Source: Candidatus Terraquivivens tengchongensis
GTDB lineage: Archaea; Thermoproteota; Nitrososphaeria_A; Caldarchaeales; Wolframiiraptoraceae
Length of the DNA stretch: 64,000 nucleotides
Direction of reading: 5' to 3'
Assembly (NCBI GenBank): GCA_023261845.1
Contig: JALNJZ010000001.1
Location: 1 to 64,000, forward strand
This document shows, one piece after another, positions 1 to 9,361 of this stretch. Made by a program: the position numbers and the translations under genes. Within the stretch, counting starts at the first letter, position 1. Each line of letters begins with the position of its first letter. Below the pieces are notes generated by a model. The model did not search any database and was not told the origin of the DNA. It saw only the letters and a list, made by a program, of their open reading frames with translations.

Positions 1-23
1 AAACATCTAATCGGAAACATCAA
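1..23 (-). CDS. rpoN: RNA polymerase subunit Rpo10 (N), 5' fragment running off the window
   Basis: Minus strand reads (TTG)ATG-TTT-CCG-ATT-AGA-TGT-TT = MFPIRCF, the Rpo10 N-terminus. Preceded by a GGTGTGA SD and directly downstream of rps9, the canonical order. Confidence 0.85.
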
Positions 24-47
24 AGCAGATCACACCAACCAAATATT

Positions 48-449
48 TTACCTATATGACTTTTGCTTAAACCTTCTAGCTGATCTTCTGTTTGGCTTTT
101 TGGGCTCGGTCCTACGCGGGTCGTCTACCAATAACGCACGGTCAAATTGAAGTATTGTCTCTCTTGCCTTTGAACTGTGAGCTGCGACAGCTTTTGCTAT
201 CGCAATCGCTATAGCATCAGAGGCTGCAATAACTCCGCCACCTGAAACATTTACGTCAAAGGTATGCGTCTTCCAAAACTTCTCGTCAAAATACAATGGC
301 GTTAATATTTTTTTGATGGCAATTTCGTTACCAAGCATCTCGACGGGCATATTATTTATTAACACCTCACCATTTCCATGCCTCACCTTGAGCCTTGCCA
401 CGGCCGTCTTCCTCTTCCCCACGAAGATCTGTTCGAGCACTTTGCTCAC
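48..449 (-). CDS. rps9: 30S ribosomal protein S9
   Basis: GKRKTAVAR, V.GGG and DPRRTEPKK...QKSYR motifs. Confidence 0.97.
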   Translation of the reverse strand: MSKVLEQIFVGKRKTAVARLKVRHGNGEVLINNMPVEMLGNEIAIKKILTPLYFDEKFWKTHTFDVNVSGGGVIAASDAIAIAIAKAVAAHSSKARETILQFDRALLVDDPRRTEPKKPNRRSARRFKQKSYR

Positions 450-931
450 GTTTGTCTCCCACCTCTTAATTCCCTAGATATTTGCTCGATTGTCATGTAT
501 CTTATAAGCTTACCACTCCTATTCCTGGTACTGCTTAGCTTGGCATCTTCAAAAGACACCAGTTTCGCATTCTTATACTCTTCTGGTATGCCTATATACA
601 CTTTAAGCCTATGCATTGCCACCTTACCTTTAGCCTTCTTTCTCGGAAGCATCCTCACTATGGTGTACCACACCAGCTTATCCGGCATTCTCGGATACCA
701 TACGCTCGGCCTATGTATCGACCTCTTCTGGCTCCTCCCTAAGAGCATAAGATACCTCTCGAGTATAGCTTTCTTGTTTCCGGTGACTATGGCTTTCTCA
801 GCATTTACAACAACAACTTTCTTACCTTGTATGAGGTTCTTTGCTACGTAAGATGCCATCCTGCCTAACTTTAGGTTTGTGGCATCAACAACTAGTTCTT
901 CTTCCTGCACATACTTCTGAACACTAGCCAA
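446..931 (-). CDS. rpl13: 50S ribosomal protein L13
   Basis: VVDA...LGRMAS.VAK, VVVNAEKAIVTG, RMLP, LKVYIGIP. Confidence 0.97.
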   Translation of the reverse strand: MASVQKYVQEEELVVDATNLKLGRMASYVAKNLIQGKKVVVVNAEKAIVTGNKKAILERYLMLLGRSQKRSIHRPSVWYPRMPDKLVWYTIVRMLPRKKAKGKVAMHRLKVYIGIPEEYKNAKLVSFEDAKLSSTRNRSGKLIRYMTIEQISRELRGGRQT

Positions 932-1259
932 TTATCTTCACACCCCTTCCTTTCGGGTAAAGTTTCATAAAATCTTCTATAGAGAGAACGTTACCGCCAG
1001 CTCTTATGACCTTCTCGTATGCGGATTTAGAGAATGCAAAGGCGGATACAGTGATGGAGTGGTCTATATTCCCAAAGCCCAGCAACTTGCCCGGGACAAA
1101 GACCACCTCGCCCTCTTTTGTATACCTATCCAGCCTATACACATTCACCACTCTTCTTTTGGGTCTCTTAGCCTCTTTGAGAATTGCTCTCCAAAATCTA
1201 GATTCTTTTGCTAACTTTTCGAGTGCACGGTATACTTGTAAGCTAAGCATGCTGTTCAC
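924..1259 (-). CDS. rpl18e: 50S ribosomal protein L18e
   Basis: VNV..L.RY, VFVPGKLLG.G, AFAFS..A.EK...AGG; lies between rpoD and rpl13. Confidence 0.95.
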   Translation of the reverse strand: MNSMLSLQVYRALEKLAKESRFWRAILKEAKRPKRRVVNVYRLDRYTKEGEVVFVPGKLLGFGNIDHSITVSAFAFSKSAYEKVIRAGGNVLSIEDFMKLYPKGRGVKIIG

Positions 1260-1905
1260 CCTCCCTAATTATACGCATTAAGTCGTTTACTTTTTTGTTA
1301 AGAATTTTAATAGCCTCGAGTACCATCCTCTTCGGCTCCAAGAATCCGAAAGATTCTACAAAAAGTATTCTCTTTTTAGCATCTTCTTTAGACTCGTATA
1401 ATGTCGCTATGCCCGGCTGCCATTTAGCGTGCTTCTTACCCCTTCCAACCCTCACATAGAGCTCGAGCTCTATCTTCTCACCGGGCGCTAGCTTTACGAT
1501 CGGTATATTCCCACTAACGGGGACAACCGTTGTGTTCGGATCTTCCGGCACCATATCCCTAGAGTATACGGTCATGGGCTGGTCACCTGCCTCTGCCTTT
1601 AGGACGTATCTAACGACACATTTCTCACAACCTAGTTTGCTACCGCATGTGCACTCCTCTGGTGGCACATAATGGTCAATGTTTGAAACGAAGGGAATTA
1701 AAGATATCCTATGGGCAAGTACTTCGTTAGTCATCCCGGAACTGTTCTCTATGATAAGCACCTCTTCGACCGCCATTGTAGGTACCTCGGATATTATGAG
1801 TCTCCTTATAGCGTTAGCTACCGCTAAGGGCACACCCTCGAACTCAATCTTCATCGACTTGCCGTCCGACTCCAACAGCCTTACTGCCATATTTCCGCCG
1901 CTCAT
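1243..1905 (-). CDS. rpoD: RNA polymerase subunit Rpo3 (D)
   Basis: ANAIRR..ISEVPTMAVEEV, NEVLAHRISLIP, IPIVKL, GKKHAKWQP. Confidence 0.97.
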   Translation of the reverse strand: MSGGNMAVRLLESDGKSMKIEFEGVPLAVANAIRRLIISEVPTMAVEEVLIIENSSGMTNEVLAHRISLIPFVSNIDHYVPPEECTCGSKLGCEKCVVRYVLKAEAGDQPMTVYSRDMVPEDPNTTVVPVSGNIPIVKLAPGEKIELELYVRVGRGKKHAKWQPGIATLYESKEDAKKRILFVESFGFLEPKRMVLEAIKILNKKVNDLMRIIREGEQHA

Positions 1906-1983
1906 GTCTTATCGGTCTCTTCTGGCTTTTTTATTAGCTGTTAGCTAAATACCTTTTCGTTGGAAAAAGGCCTTTATTTAGGC

Positions 1984-3891
1984 TTACATTTCCTCAACTA
2001 TAGGTATCCCAAGAATCCTCAGGCAGTTGCCCATAGTTATCAGATAAGCCCTAATGAGGCTTAGCCTGAATTTCATAGTCTCTTCTTCGTCCGTTAACAC
2101 GGGACAGGATTCATAGAAGTTGTTGAAGGCCGATGCCAAGCTATATGCATAGTTGGCAAGCTTCTTGAGTAGCATCAGCTTTACAGATTCCTCCACTACG
2201 AGAGGAAAGAGCGATATTTCTCTGAGCAGGGCCATTTCCTGCTTTTCTAAAGATTCCTTCCGCTTGACCTCCTCCTGCTTTATCGGCGACTTCTCAAGTA
2301 TCCTGCAAGCCCTCGCATAGGAGTACTGCAAGTAGGGTCCAGTATCTCCCTCGATCTTTAGAGCCTCTTCCCTATCAAAGACTATTATCTTATCCGCGTC
2401 ACCTTTCACCAGTGCGTACACTAGCGCACCAATGGCCACATTCTCCGCGACGTTCTCAACCTTTTGGGGATGCCAGTCAGGATGTCTTTGAGCCGTTTCA
2501 GATATTACCTTCTTCTTTATGGAGTCTATGACCGAATCAGCCTTTACGTATATCCCCTCCCTACCTTTCATGTGAACGAACTCGGCACCGCTGACGTTTA
2601 GGCCCATCCTCTCCGCCTCTTTTGCACTCAGAGAAACGACCTCGTAAGCGAAATGCACATATCTTGAAGGGTCTGCACCGATTAGGCCGAGCGCGTATCT
2701 CACTATCTCCTGCGGTCTCTTCTGTCTTACATCCACGACAGCTATTGTCATATCAACGTTCCTGAGTTTAAACTCGATCTCGCCCTCTATGTCAGTTATG
2801 AGTATATCACTTTGATCCTTATTTTTGCCGAATGGTTTGTATTTGAAGTCCCTTTCAATTATTCCGAGTTTCCATGCTGCATACGCTATGTCTCTTGCAA
2901 CGTATGTTGTAGTCCCATCACTTTTTACTAAAACTTCATCACCTTCTTTGCTAAGCGTCTTGTGACCCGAAAGGTCCAGCATCCAGCAACCTGCTTTGGG
3001 TCCAGAAGTCGCAAGATAGCAGGCATTATTTTTCTTAAGCTTCGAGAAGGTTTCTTCCCATAATCCGAATGCGACTACGTCGCTTTCTCTGTTTAGAATG
3101 TCGTACGAGGCGCCTAACCTATAGCAGGTCTTTAACTGCTCCTTCAAGACCTTGATAGCTATCTCCCTGCTGAGCATGAAGCTGTCACTCGACCTATCCT
3201 CTATTTCCTTAATCAGCAGACGCTTCTTCTCGGATAGCTCAGGCTTCTGCTCTAATAGCCTATTGACCTCGACGTATATCTTATCACCACAATATTCGTC
3301 AAACCTCATACCTTCTGGTGGCTCCATCGGGTACCCTAGATACTTGACGCCCAGTACGATGTCAGCCATCTGACTTCCACTGTCATCAATGTAATTGGCA
3401 ACCAAGACGTCAAAGCCCGCAAACTTATACAACCTGGCCAATGCGCTACCGAGACACACATTCCTTGCATGACCTACATGTAGTGCCTTGTTTGGGTTCA
3501 CGCTTGTGTGCTCTATGAGTATGCGTTGCCCCTTTCCCATGTCGGATGAACCATATGCTTCAGCGGATGCCAAGACCTCTTTAATTATCTTGACAGCGTA
3601 TGAGGGCCAATCAACATGAAAATTGATGAATCCTGGTCTAACGACCTCTACGGACTTTATTAGACCCTTCTTCCTTTCAATAGCATCCTTAACCTTCGAT
3701 GCAATATCCAAAGCAACTTCCATCGGACTCTTGTTCAATCTTTTGGCAAGCTCAAAGGCAGAGGTACATGAAACTTCACCATGTTCTGATGATTTTGGTA
3801 TCTCGAGTTTTGGATCCGGCAGCCCAGCTTCCTTTAGGATTTCTGCCGATTCATTGAGTAATGTCTTCACGGTCAACGAGTTTCTTCCCAC
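1984..3891 (-). CDS. argS: arginine--tRNA ligase
   Basis: EHTSVNPNKALHVGHARN (HIGH), KSDGTTTY, GDTGPYLQYSYARA, FNNFYESCPVL. Confidence 0.96.
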   Translation of the reverse strand: MGRNSLTVKTLLNESAEILKEAGLPDPKLEIPKSSEHGEVSCTSAFELAKRLNKSPMEVALDIASKVKDAIERKKGLIKSVEVVRPGFINFHVDWPSYAVKIIKEVLASAEAYGSSDMGKGQRILIEHTSVNPNKALHVGHARNVCLGSALARLYKFAGFDVLVANYIDDSGSQMADIVLGVKYLGYPMEPPEGMRFDEYCGDKIYVEVNRLLEQKPELSEKKRLLIKEIEDRSSDSFMLSREIAIKVLKEQLKTCYRLGASYDILNRESDVVAFGLWEETFSKLKKNNACYLATSGPKAGCWMLDLSGHKTLSKEGDEVLVKSDGTTTYVARDIAYAAWKLGIIERDFKYKPFGKNKDQSDILITDIEGEIEFKLRNVDMTIAVVDVRQKRPQEIVRYALGLIGADPSRYVHFAYEVVSLSAKEAERMGLNVSGAEFVHMKGREGIYVKADSVIDSIKKKVISETAQRHPDWHPQKVENVAENVAIGALVYALVKGDADKIIVFDREEALKIEGDTGPYLQYSYARACRILEKSPIKQEEVKRKESLEKQEMALLREISLFPLVVEESVKLMLLKKLANYAYSLASAFNNFYESCPVLTDEEETMKFRLSLIRAYLITMGNCLRILGIPIVEEM

Positions 3892-3963
3892 CTAAGAGTT
3901 CTGATAAATCTTTAAGAGCGCGCTTATTAAAGCAAAACTACATCAAATTGAAAGGGGCGGGCT

Positions 3964-5121
3964 ATGGTAACAAAATACCGCTGGGTCATACTTACCATAG
4001 CTGTGTTCGTGAGCGTGGTTGCGGCCATAGATTACTTTAAACCTCCACCGATTATGCCGACTTTGATCGAAACTTTCGGGCTGGATTATGCGACGGCTGG
4101 TCTTCTTATGTCCTCCTTCTCTATCTCGGCGGTCATCATATCACTTCCTACTGGGTCATTAACCGAGCGTTTCGGCCCTAAAAAGGTAGGAACCATTATG
4201 CTTGTATGTCTAGTAATAGGTTCGATTGTTGGAAGCTTCGCCCCGAACTACGTAACTTTACTTGCATCAAGATTCCTTGAGGGGTTTGCTTTTGGCTCTG
4301 CGCTCATATTTGCACCAGCGCTGATAACCATGTGGTTTCCTCCAAATGAGTTAGGGAAGGCTTTGGGCATATTCGCACCTTGCGTTCCCATAGGAATGCT
4401 TCTATCGTATGCGATAGCACCCATACTCGCGGTAACCTCATGGCAGAACATGTGGTGGTTTGCCGCCCTACTCTCGATAACGGCATGCGTTCTTTTTATA
4501 GCATTAGTTAAAACGCCCTCGACGCTTCCAACAGATAAAGAAGAAAAGGAAACAAGTAAAATGGCTGCTTATAAGAATGCTGACATGTGGCTGGTTGCCT
4601 TTGGATGGCTTTGCTTTAACTTTGCCGCCATAGGCTTCTCAACTTGGTTACCCACGTACCTTACTGAAATTGGTTACTTAGCGACGTTGGCACCACTGGT
4701 TGCAATGATCCCGATGGTTATGTGTATACCCATCGGTCCAATAGCAGGAGCGGTAGTTGATAAGATAAAATCTATAAAGAAACCCATCGTCGTGTCCTGC
4801 ATATTTTCAGGCACCATATTTCCGCTTTACATGTATTTTACAGGCAATTTTTGGGCATTGATCGCGTACACGATTGTCCTTGGTACAGCATGGGGATTCA
4901 TACCGGCCCCTGTTCTTGCCAGCTCGGGCGCATTGCTGGGACCAAAATCAGCCAGCGTCGGGCTAGGAATCCTCAACTTCATGAGCAACATCGGATACCT
5001 CACAGGTCCATTGGTGCTCGGTATTATAATCCCGATGGGCTGGTCCGTCGCCTTCACAATGTTAGCACCCGTATGCTTCATCGGAGCAATCGCAGTAATT
5101 ATTGCAAGAAAGTTAAAGTAA
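3964..5121 (+). CDS. MFS transporter
   Basis: About 12 hydrophobic segments; motif A-like GSLTERFGPK; RFLEG; WFPP.E.G.A.G. Confidence 0.9.
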   Translation: MVTKYRWVILTIAVFVSVVAAIDYFKPPPIMPTLIETFGLDYATAGLLMSSFSISAVIISLPTGSLTERFGPKKVGTIMLVCLVIGSIVGSFAPNYVTLLASRFLEGFAFGSALIFAPALITMWFPPNELGKALGIFAPCVPIGMLLSYAIAPILAVTSWQNMWWFAALLSITACVLFIALVKTPSTLPTDKEEKETSKMAAYKNADMWLVAFGWLCFNFAAIGFSTWLPTYLTEIGYLATLAPLVAMIPMVMCIPIGPIAGAVVDKIKSIKKPIVVSCIFSGTIFPLYMYFTGNFWALIAYTIVLGTAWGFIPAPVLASSGALLGPKSASVGLGILNFMSNIGYLTGPLVLGIIIPMGWSVAFTMLAPVCFIGAIAVIIARKLK

Positions 5122-5190
5122 AAACAGCTCTTATTGAGATTAAAAGAATGCAAATAAGAGAGTTTCGCATAATGTTAAGCTGGGCCGACC

Positions 5191-6345
5191 ATGCCGACGA
5201 ACCTGCCAGCAGAGGCAAAGGCTAAGCTGGCTAAGTATAGGGAGGCCAGGACGCATGAGGAAAAAATCAAGGCGCTAGAGGAGGCAATATCCTGCATACC
5301 TCACCATAAACACACGGAGAAGATGCTCAGACAACTGAAGAAGAGGCTTGCTCAACTCAGGCGCGAGCTCGAGCACAAACCGGTAAAGGGTGGGAAGAGA
5401 GACGAGTTCAGCGTTGAGAAAGAAGGCGCGGCCCAGGTTGTCCTCTTAGGTGCCACAAATAGCGGCAAATCTTCATTACTTGCGGCGCTCACAAACGCAA
5501 CTCCAGATATAGCCGATTACCCTATGACGACAAGAAAACCCACACCGGGCATGATGGTATACGAGGATATCGAGATACAGGTTGTGGAACTTCCAGCTAT
5601 TTTGACAGAAGCATTAGAAGAAACAAGCATAGCATACAAGAGCCTTGGTATGGCTAGGAATGCTGATCTCATAGCAGTCGTTCTGGACGCAACGAATAAA
5701 CCGCTCGAGCAGCTAAAAAAGATCGTTGAAATGTTGGAGGATGTTGGCGTAGTTTTGAAAAGGGAGCGGGCTAAGGTCATCCTTGAGAAGAAAGACAGCG
5801 GCGGCATAAGGCTCGTGACGTTTGGCAGATTTCATGGTACCGTGGACGAAGTCAAGAAGTTACTTGAAAGCGTCGGCATAAGAAACGCAGTTGTCAAGAT
5901 AATCGGTGATGCCACGATGGAGGATATCGAGGAACAGGTTATATACGAATTTGTTTACAAGAAGGGACTCGTAATACTTAACAAGTTTGACGTTAGCGCT
6001 GAGCAAACAAGTGAAATCGAAGAGCTGAGCATGCAACTCGGAATTCCGTTGGTAAAAACCTCGGCAAGGGAAGGAAAGGGTTTGGTAGAATTGAAACGGC
6101 TGATATTTGAAAACTTAGGGCTCATAAGAGTTTATACACAAAAAGATGGCATAGTTGCACGGAAGCCGATAGTCGTGCCTAGCGGTACAACTGTCGGTCA
6201 GCTTGCATACCTTATCCATAAGGAGCTCGCGGAGAGCTTTAGGTATGCGAGGGTTTGGGGCAAATCCGTCAAAATACAGGGTCAAAGAGTAGGCGCCGAC
6301 CACGTATTACAGGACAAGGATTTGGTCGAGATATTCGCCCTATAA
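5191..6345 (+). CDS. DRG/OBG-family GTPase with C-terminal TGS domain
   Basis: MPTNLP.EA N-terminus, GATNSGKSS, YPMTT, NKFD, IHKELAESFRYARVWG..QRVG.DH.L.D.D. Confidence 0.93.
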   Translation: MPTNLPAEAKAKLAKYREARTHEEKIKALEEAISCIPHHKHTEKMLRQLKKRLAQLRRELEHKPVKGGKRDEFSVEKEGAAQVVLLGATNSGKSSLLAALTNATPDIADYPMTTRKPTPGMMVYEDIEIQVVELPAILTEALEETSIAYKSLGMARNADLIAVVLDATNKPLEQLKKIVEMLEDVGVVLKRERAKVILEKKDSGGIRLVTFGRFHGTVDEVKKLLESVGIRNAVVKIIGDATMEDIEEQVIYEFVYKKGLVILNKFDVSAEQTSEIEELSMQLGIPLVKTSAREGKGLVELKRLIFENLGLIRVYTQKDGIVARKPIVVPSGTTVGQLAYLIHKELAESFRYARVWGKSVKIQGQRVGADHVLQDKDLVEIFAL

Positions 6346-6348
6346 GAG

Positions 6349-7419
6349 CTACTTCCACGCTCTGCTCCTTAGTAGAAGTACGGCCACTATGGCGAATATT
6401 GCTACGCCATACAAGCCTATGCCAAAGGAGAGTATAGGATGCGCAGGCATACAGTAGAGGGCATAGAAAAACGATGCGGACTGATTGTTCACGCCATGCA
6501 TATACGAGGCTAGCCAGACACTACCTGATTTGAGGAAGGCTAAACCGAAGAGCACAGACAACGTCACTGTGTATGCGGTCATCAAAAATATGCCTTCGAC
6601 AGGGTAGCCCGGATAGTTGTGACCCATGGCTATCACGGGTGCATGCCAGATACCCCATATCAGACCGACGAGAAGGACCGCCTTCACTTTACCTAAAATA
6701 CCCGTCAACTCCGTTTGGAGATAACCTCTCCAGCCATACTCCTCGCCAAACGTTACTAGCAAAGTGATAAAGGGCGATATGACTATCAACTGAATTCCCA
6801 TTAAAATAAGAGCGCCCATTATCTCAGACGCCTCAGCACCCTGAGGAGCTAATAACTCCTCTAGCTTGACGGGCGTACCTAAGCCGAAGTTACAGTTTAG
6901 CCATGCCATACCACCATAAAGCAATACTAGAAGCGAGCCGAACATGAGATAATACTTAGGACTTCCGAAGGATAGTCCTGCCTTACGGAAAGCATCGCCG
7001 CCCATCATAAACCTAAGGGCCACTAGAAATAATAGACCCAGGCTCGTCATAGCGAACGTTAACGTGTCCGCCAGCTCAGCGTAGTGGGGTGAAATCCAAG
7101 ACGCTATGGAAAGTATTAGAAAGACGACGAAATAGAAAAGGAAGAAGTAAAAGAACAGCCTAGTTTTTTCTCGGAAAGTCTTAAAGTATATGTCGCTGTC
7201 TTTTTCGAAGAACATCTTAAGAGTGATCGCTGAAAAGGCTGGCACGAGCATCATAGTCATCATAGACGTCCTAGCTTCAGGAGCTAGTTTAAAATCGAAT
7301 GCTAAAGCCATGCCTAAATTTAAGCTGTAAGTTAGAGCAAAAGTCAACATGATGAATCGCATTACCTTTCTTTTTTTAGCGCTAACTTCGGACAACAAGT
7401 AGCAAAACAACATGACCAA
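6349..7419 (-). CDS. CPBP (CAAX/Abi) intramembrane metalloprotease
   Basis: GEEYGWRGYL, WGIWHAP, H..NN motifs; multiple TMs; start uncertain. Confidence 0.9.
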   Translation of the reverse strand: MVMLFCYLLSEVSAKKRKVMRFIMLTFALTYSLNLGMALAFDFKLAPEARTSMMTMMLVPAFSAITLKMFFEKDSDIYFKTFREKTRLFFYFFLFYFVVFLILSIASWISPHYAELADTLTFAMTSLGLLFLVALRFMMGGDAFRKAGLSFGSPKYYLMFGSLLVLLYGGMAWLNCNFGLGTPVKLEELLAPQGAEASEIMGALILMGIQLIVISPFITLLVTFGEEYGWRGYLQTELTGILGKVKAVLLVGLIWGIWHAPVIAMGHNYPGYPVEGIFLMTAYTVTLSVLFGLAFLKSGSVWLASYMHGVNNQSASFFYALYCMPAHPILSFGIGLYGVAIFAIVAVLLLRSRAWK

Positions 7420-7494
7420 AAAATAAGCTTTAGTATTGCTTAATATAGAATAACATTTATTATCTATATGATAGTGTGATTTGAAGGTGGTCTA

Positions 7495-7740
7495 ATGATA
7501 TACGAGGCTGTTTCGTTGCTACTACTTTCGCTCTCAGTAGTGTTCTCAATTCTAGCTGTTGAAGCAAATAGCCTATACAGGTCCATATTCGGGCTTTTTG
7601 GTATGACAGCGAGCATAGGCGTTCTGTTCATACTGATGGCGGCGTACTATGCTGGTATAGCACAACTACTCATTTATGCAGGCGGCTTAATCGCCCTAAT
7701 GTTAATCATAGTTTCTCTGACGGTGGGTAAAGAGAAATGA
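7495..7740 (+). CDS. NuoJ-like membrane subunit (N-terminal half)
   Basis: 3 TMs; A.Y.GIAQLLIYAGG.I.L, typical of NuoJ. Confidence 0.7.
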   Translation: MIYEAVSLLLLSLSVVFSILAVEANSLYRSIFGLFGMTASIGVLFILMAAYYAGIAQLLIYAGGLIALMLIIVSLTVGKEK

Positions 7741-7994
7741 AGTACATGGAACTTCTAGGTTCGGTATCAACACTTGTGTTGGCAATAGTCATCCTCTACA
7801 GCTTTGCGACGAGTCCACCTGTATACAAGCAGTGGAACGATGCAACGAGCAGGCTTATAGCACCCAGCGCTTTAGAGTCTGGTAAAGTCATAAGTATTTA
7901 TATATGGGAAGATTTATTCCCAGCCGTAGTCGCACTAGCTATAGCTTTGTTGGCATTTGTTATGGCACTCGTGGTCCTATTAAGGAGGGAATAA
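7737..7994 (+). CDS. small membrane protein, probable C-terminal half of a split NuoJ
   Basis: TM-loop-TM; ATGA overlap with the upstream ORF; ends LVVLLRRE like the NuoJ C-terminus. Confidence 0.5.
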   Translation: MKYMELLGSVSTLVLAIVILYSFATSPPVYKQWNDATSRLIAPSALESGKVISIYIWEDLFPAVVALAIALLAFVMALVVLLRRE

Positions 7995-7997
7995 TTA

Positions 7998-8315
7998 ATG
8001 TCACTTTTCATTCTATATTATGTTCTCGCCGCCGTTTTACTCTTCATAATTGGTATCTATGCCCTAGCGACTAAAAGGAGCATCATAAAGATGATAATAG
8101 GCATCGAGATAATGATAAATGCGGCTCATCTAAACTTTATAGCATTATCTACTAACTTTCCTGGAGGCATGATAGACCCATTCGCTCAGAGCATCGTCCT
8201 CATATCTATGGCCGTTGGAGCGGCAGTTATAGCGTTAGCTCTCCTGCTTAGCGTCCATGTGTACAGGACGTACAAAACGCTGGATATAACACTCCTGAGA
8301 AAATTGAGAAGGTAG
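7998..8315 (+). CDS. NuoK/MnhC-family membrane subunit
   Basis: LF.IGIY....KRSIIKMIIGIEIMINAA.LNF; T.DI..LRKLR. Confidence 0.85.
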   Translation: MSLFILYYVLAAVLLFIIGIYALATKRSIIKMIIGIEIMINAAHLNFIALSTNFPGGMIDPFAQSIVLISMAVGAAVIALALLLSVHVYRTYKTLDITLLRKLRR

Positions 8316-8375
8316 TCTAATTGTTGGAGAATATATTTAATTCCAGGTACCTTGCGCTATTCTGTTTGAAATCCT

Positions 8376-8597
8376 ATGAAGCTAGGTAAAGTCTTCGGCC
8401 TCTTTCTGATGCTGCTCTCCATAATCTTGGCTACGTTTTATGCAACGTGGTTCTTCGGATTTATAAAAGGTCTTGATCCTGAGCTTGCTGTGAAGGTTCC
8501 GATACTGATTATCGTCTTATTCTTCTTCTTCGTTGTAGGATGGGCTGGATATGTAATGTACACTACGCCCATGCCAAGGTCCCTCAGAAAGGGTTAA
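8376..8597 (+). CDS. small two-TM protein, DPM2-like
   Basis: Two TMs; FY.TW, P..AV..P, GYVM pattern; paralog of 44117-44371. Confidence 0.6.
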   Translation: MKLGKVFGLFLMLLSIILATFYATWFFGFIKGLDPELAVKVPILIIVLFFFFVVGWAGYVMYTTPMPRSLRKG

Positions 8598-9313
8598 GAG
8601 CGGACGAGTCTTCCTTCGGGCGTTACCTCACCCTTGATTATCCTTGAGGATGATATTGGTTTTCCGTCCTCCGCAAGTATTAACGGACACTCTATCACGT
8701 CTAAAGGTTTCATCAAACTCTCAGCCCTTATGGCGTTTATTTCTGAAACTCTAAATACCGTAAATGGACTGACTGCTATTGCTTCCAGAAGAGCGTCGGT
8801 TACTGAGGGGCCATAAGGGTCGTCGAGTTTAACTATCATTGCATCATCGATCCAGCCATATTTCTCTAAAACGCTCTTCAGGTTGCTTACGCGTTCACTA
8901 TAAGGCTTTACCTCGTGAGCCTTTTTCAATTTTTTGGCAAGTTCATCGCTAGTAACACCTATCGTCACTTTCTTACCATTTCTGAAAGCTGTCAGGAGTA
9001 ACGCAAGGTGCCCGTAATGAATCGTGTCAAAAGTGCCTCCTAAGCATACGCGGTTATACTTTCGCTCAACCGGTAAAGGATTCTTGAGTTCCTCCTCAAA
9101 GTCTACCGCGTACATCCTCAGCTCATCCAAGATAACCATCGCCTCACCCAACGGCATACCTAACCTCACGCTCAACTCCTCCGCACTTATAGATGGCTCA
9201 TTCATGATTATTTTGTCTCTAACATATGACTTATGAACGGGATAGAGACTCGTGCTCTTAACGACATCTACGAGAATTCTCCATAGGGGGTTTCTTGTAT
9301 AATCTCTTCTCAA
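8594..9313 (-). CDS. coaD: phosphopantetheine adenylyltransferase with N-terminal extension
   Basis: GGTFDTIHYGH, IGVTSDE, DPYGP, AEDGKPISSSRI..GE. Confidence 0.9.
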   Translation of the reverse strand: MRRDYTRNPLWRILVDVVKSTSLYPVHKSYVRDKIIMNEPSISAEELSVRLGMPLGEAMVILDELRMYAVDFEEELKNPLPVERKYNRVCLGGTFDTIHYGHLALLLTAFRNGKKVTIGVTSDELAKKLKKAHEVKPYSERVSNLKSVLEKYGWIDDAMIVKLDDPYGPSVTDALLEAIAVSPFTVFRVSEINAIRAESLMKPLDVIECPLILAEDGKPISSSRIIKGEVTPEGRLVRS

Positions 9314-9361
9314 GGTTCAGATATTCTATTCTCTTTAAGGGTGTAATAAAAATTAGCCAGC

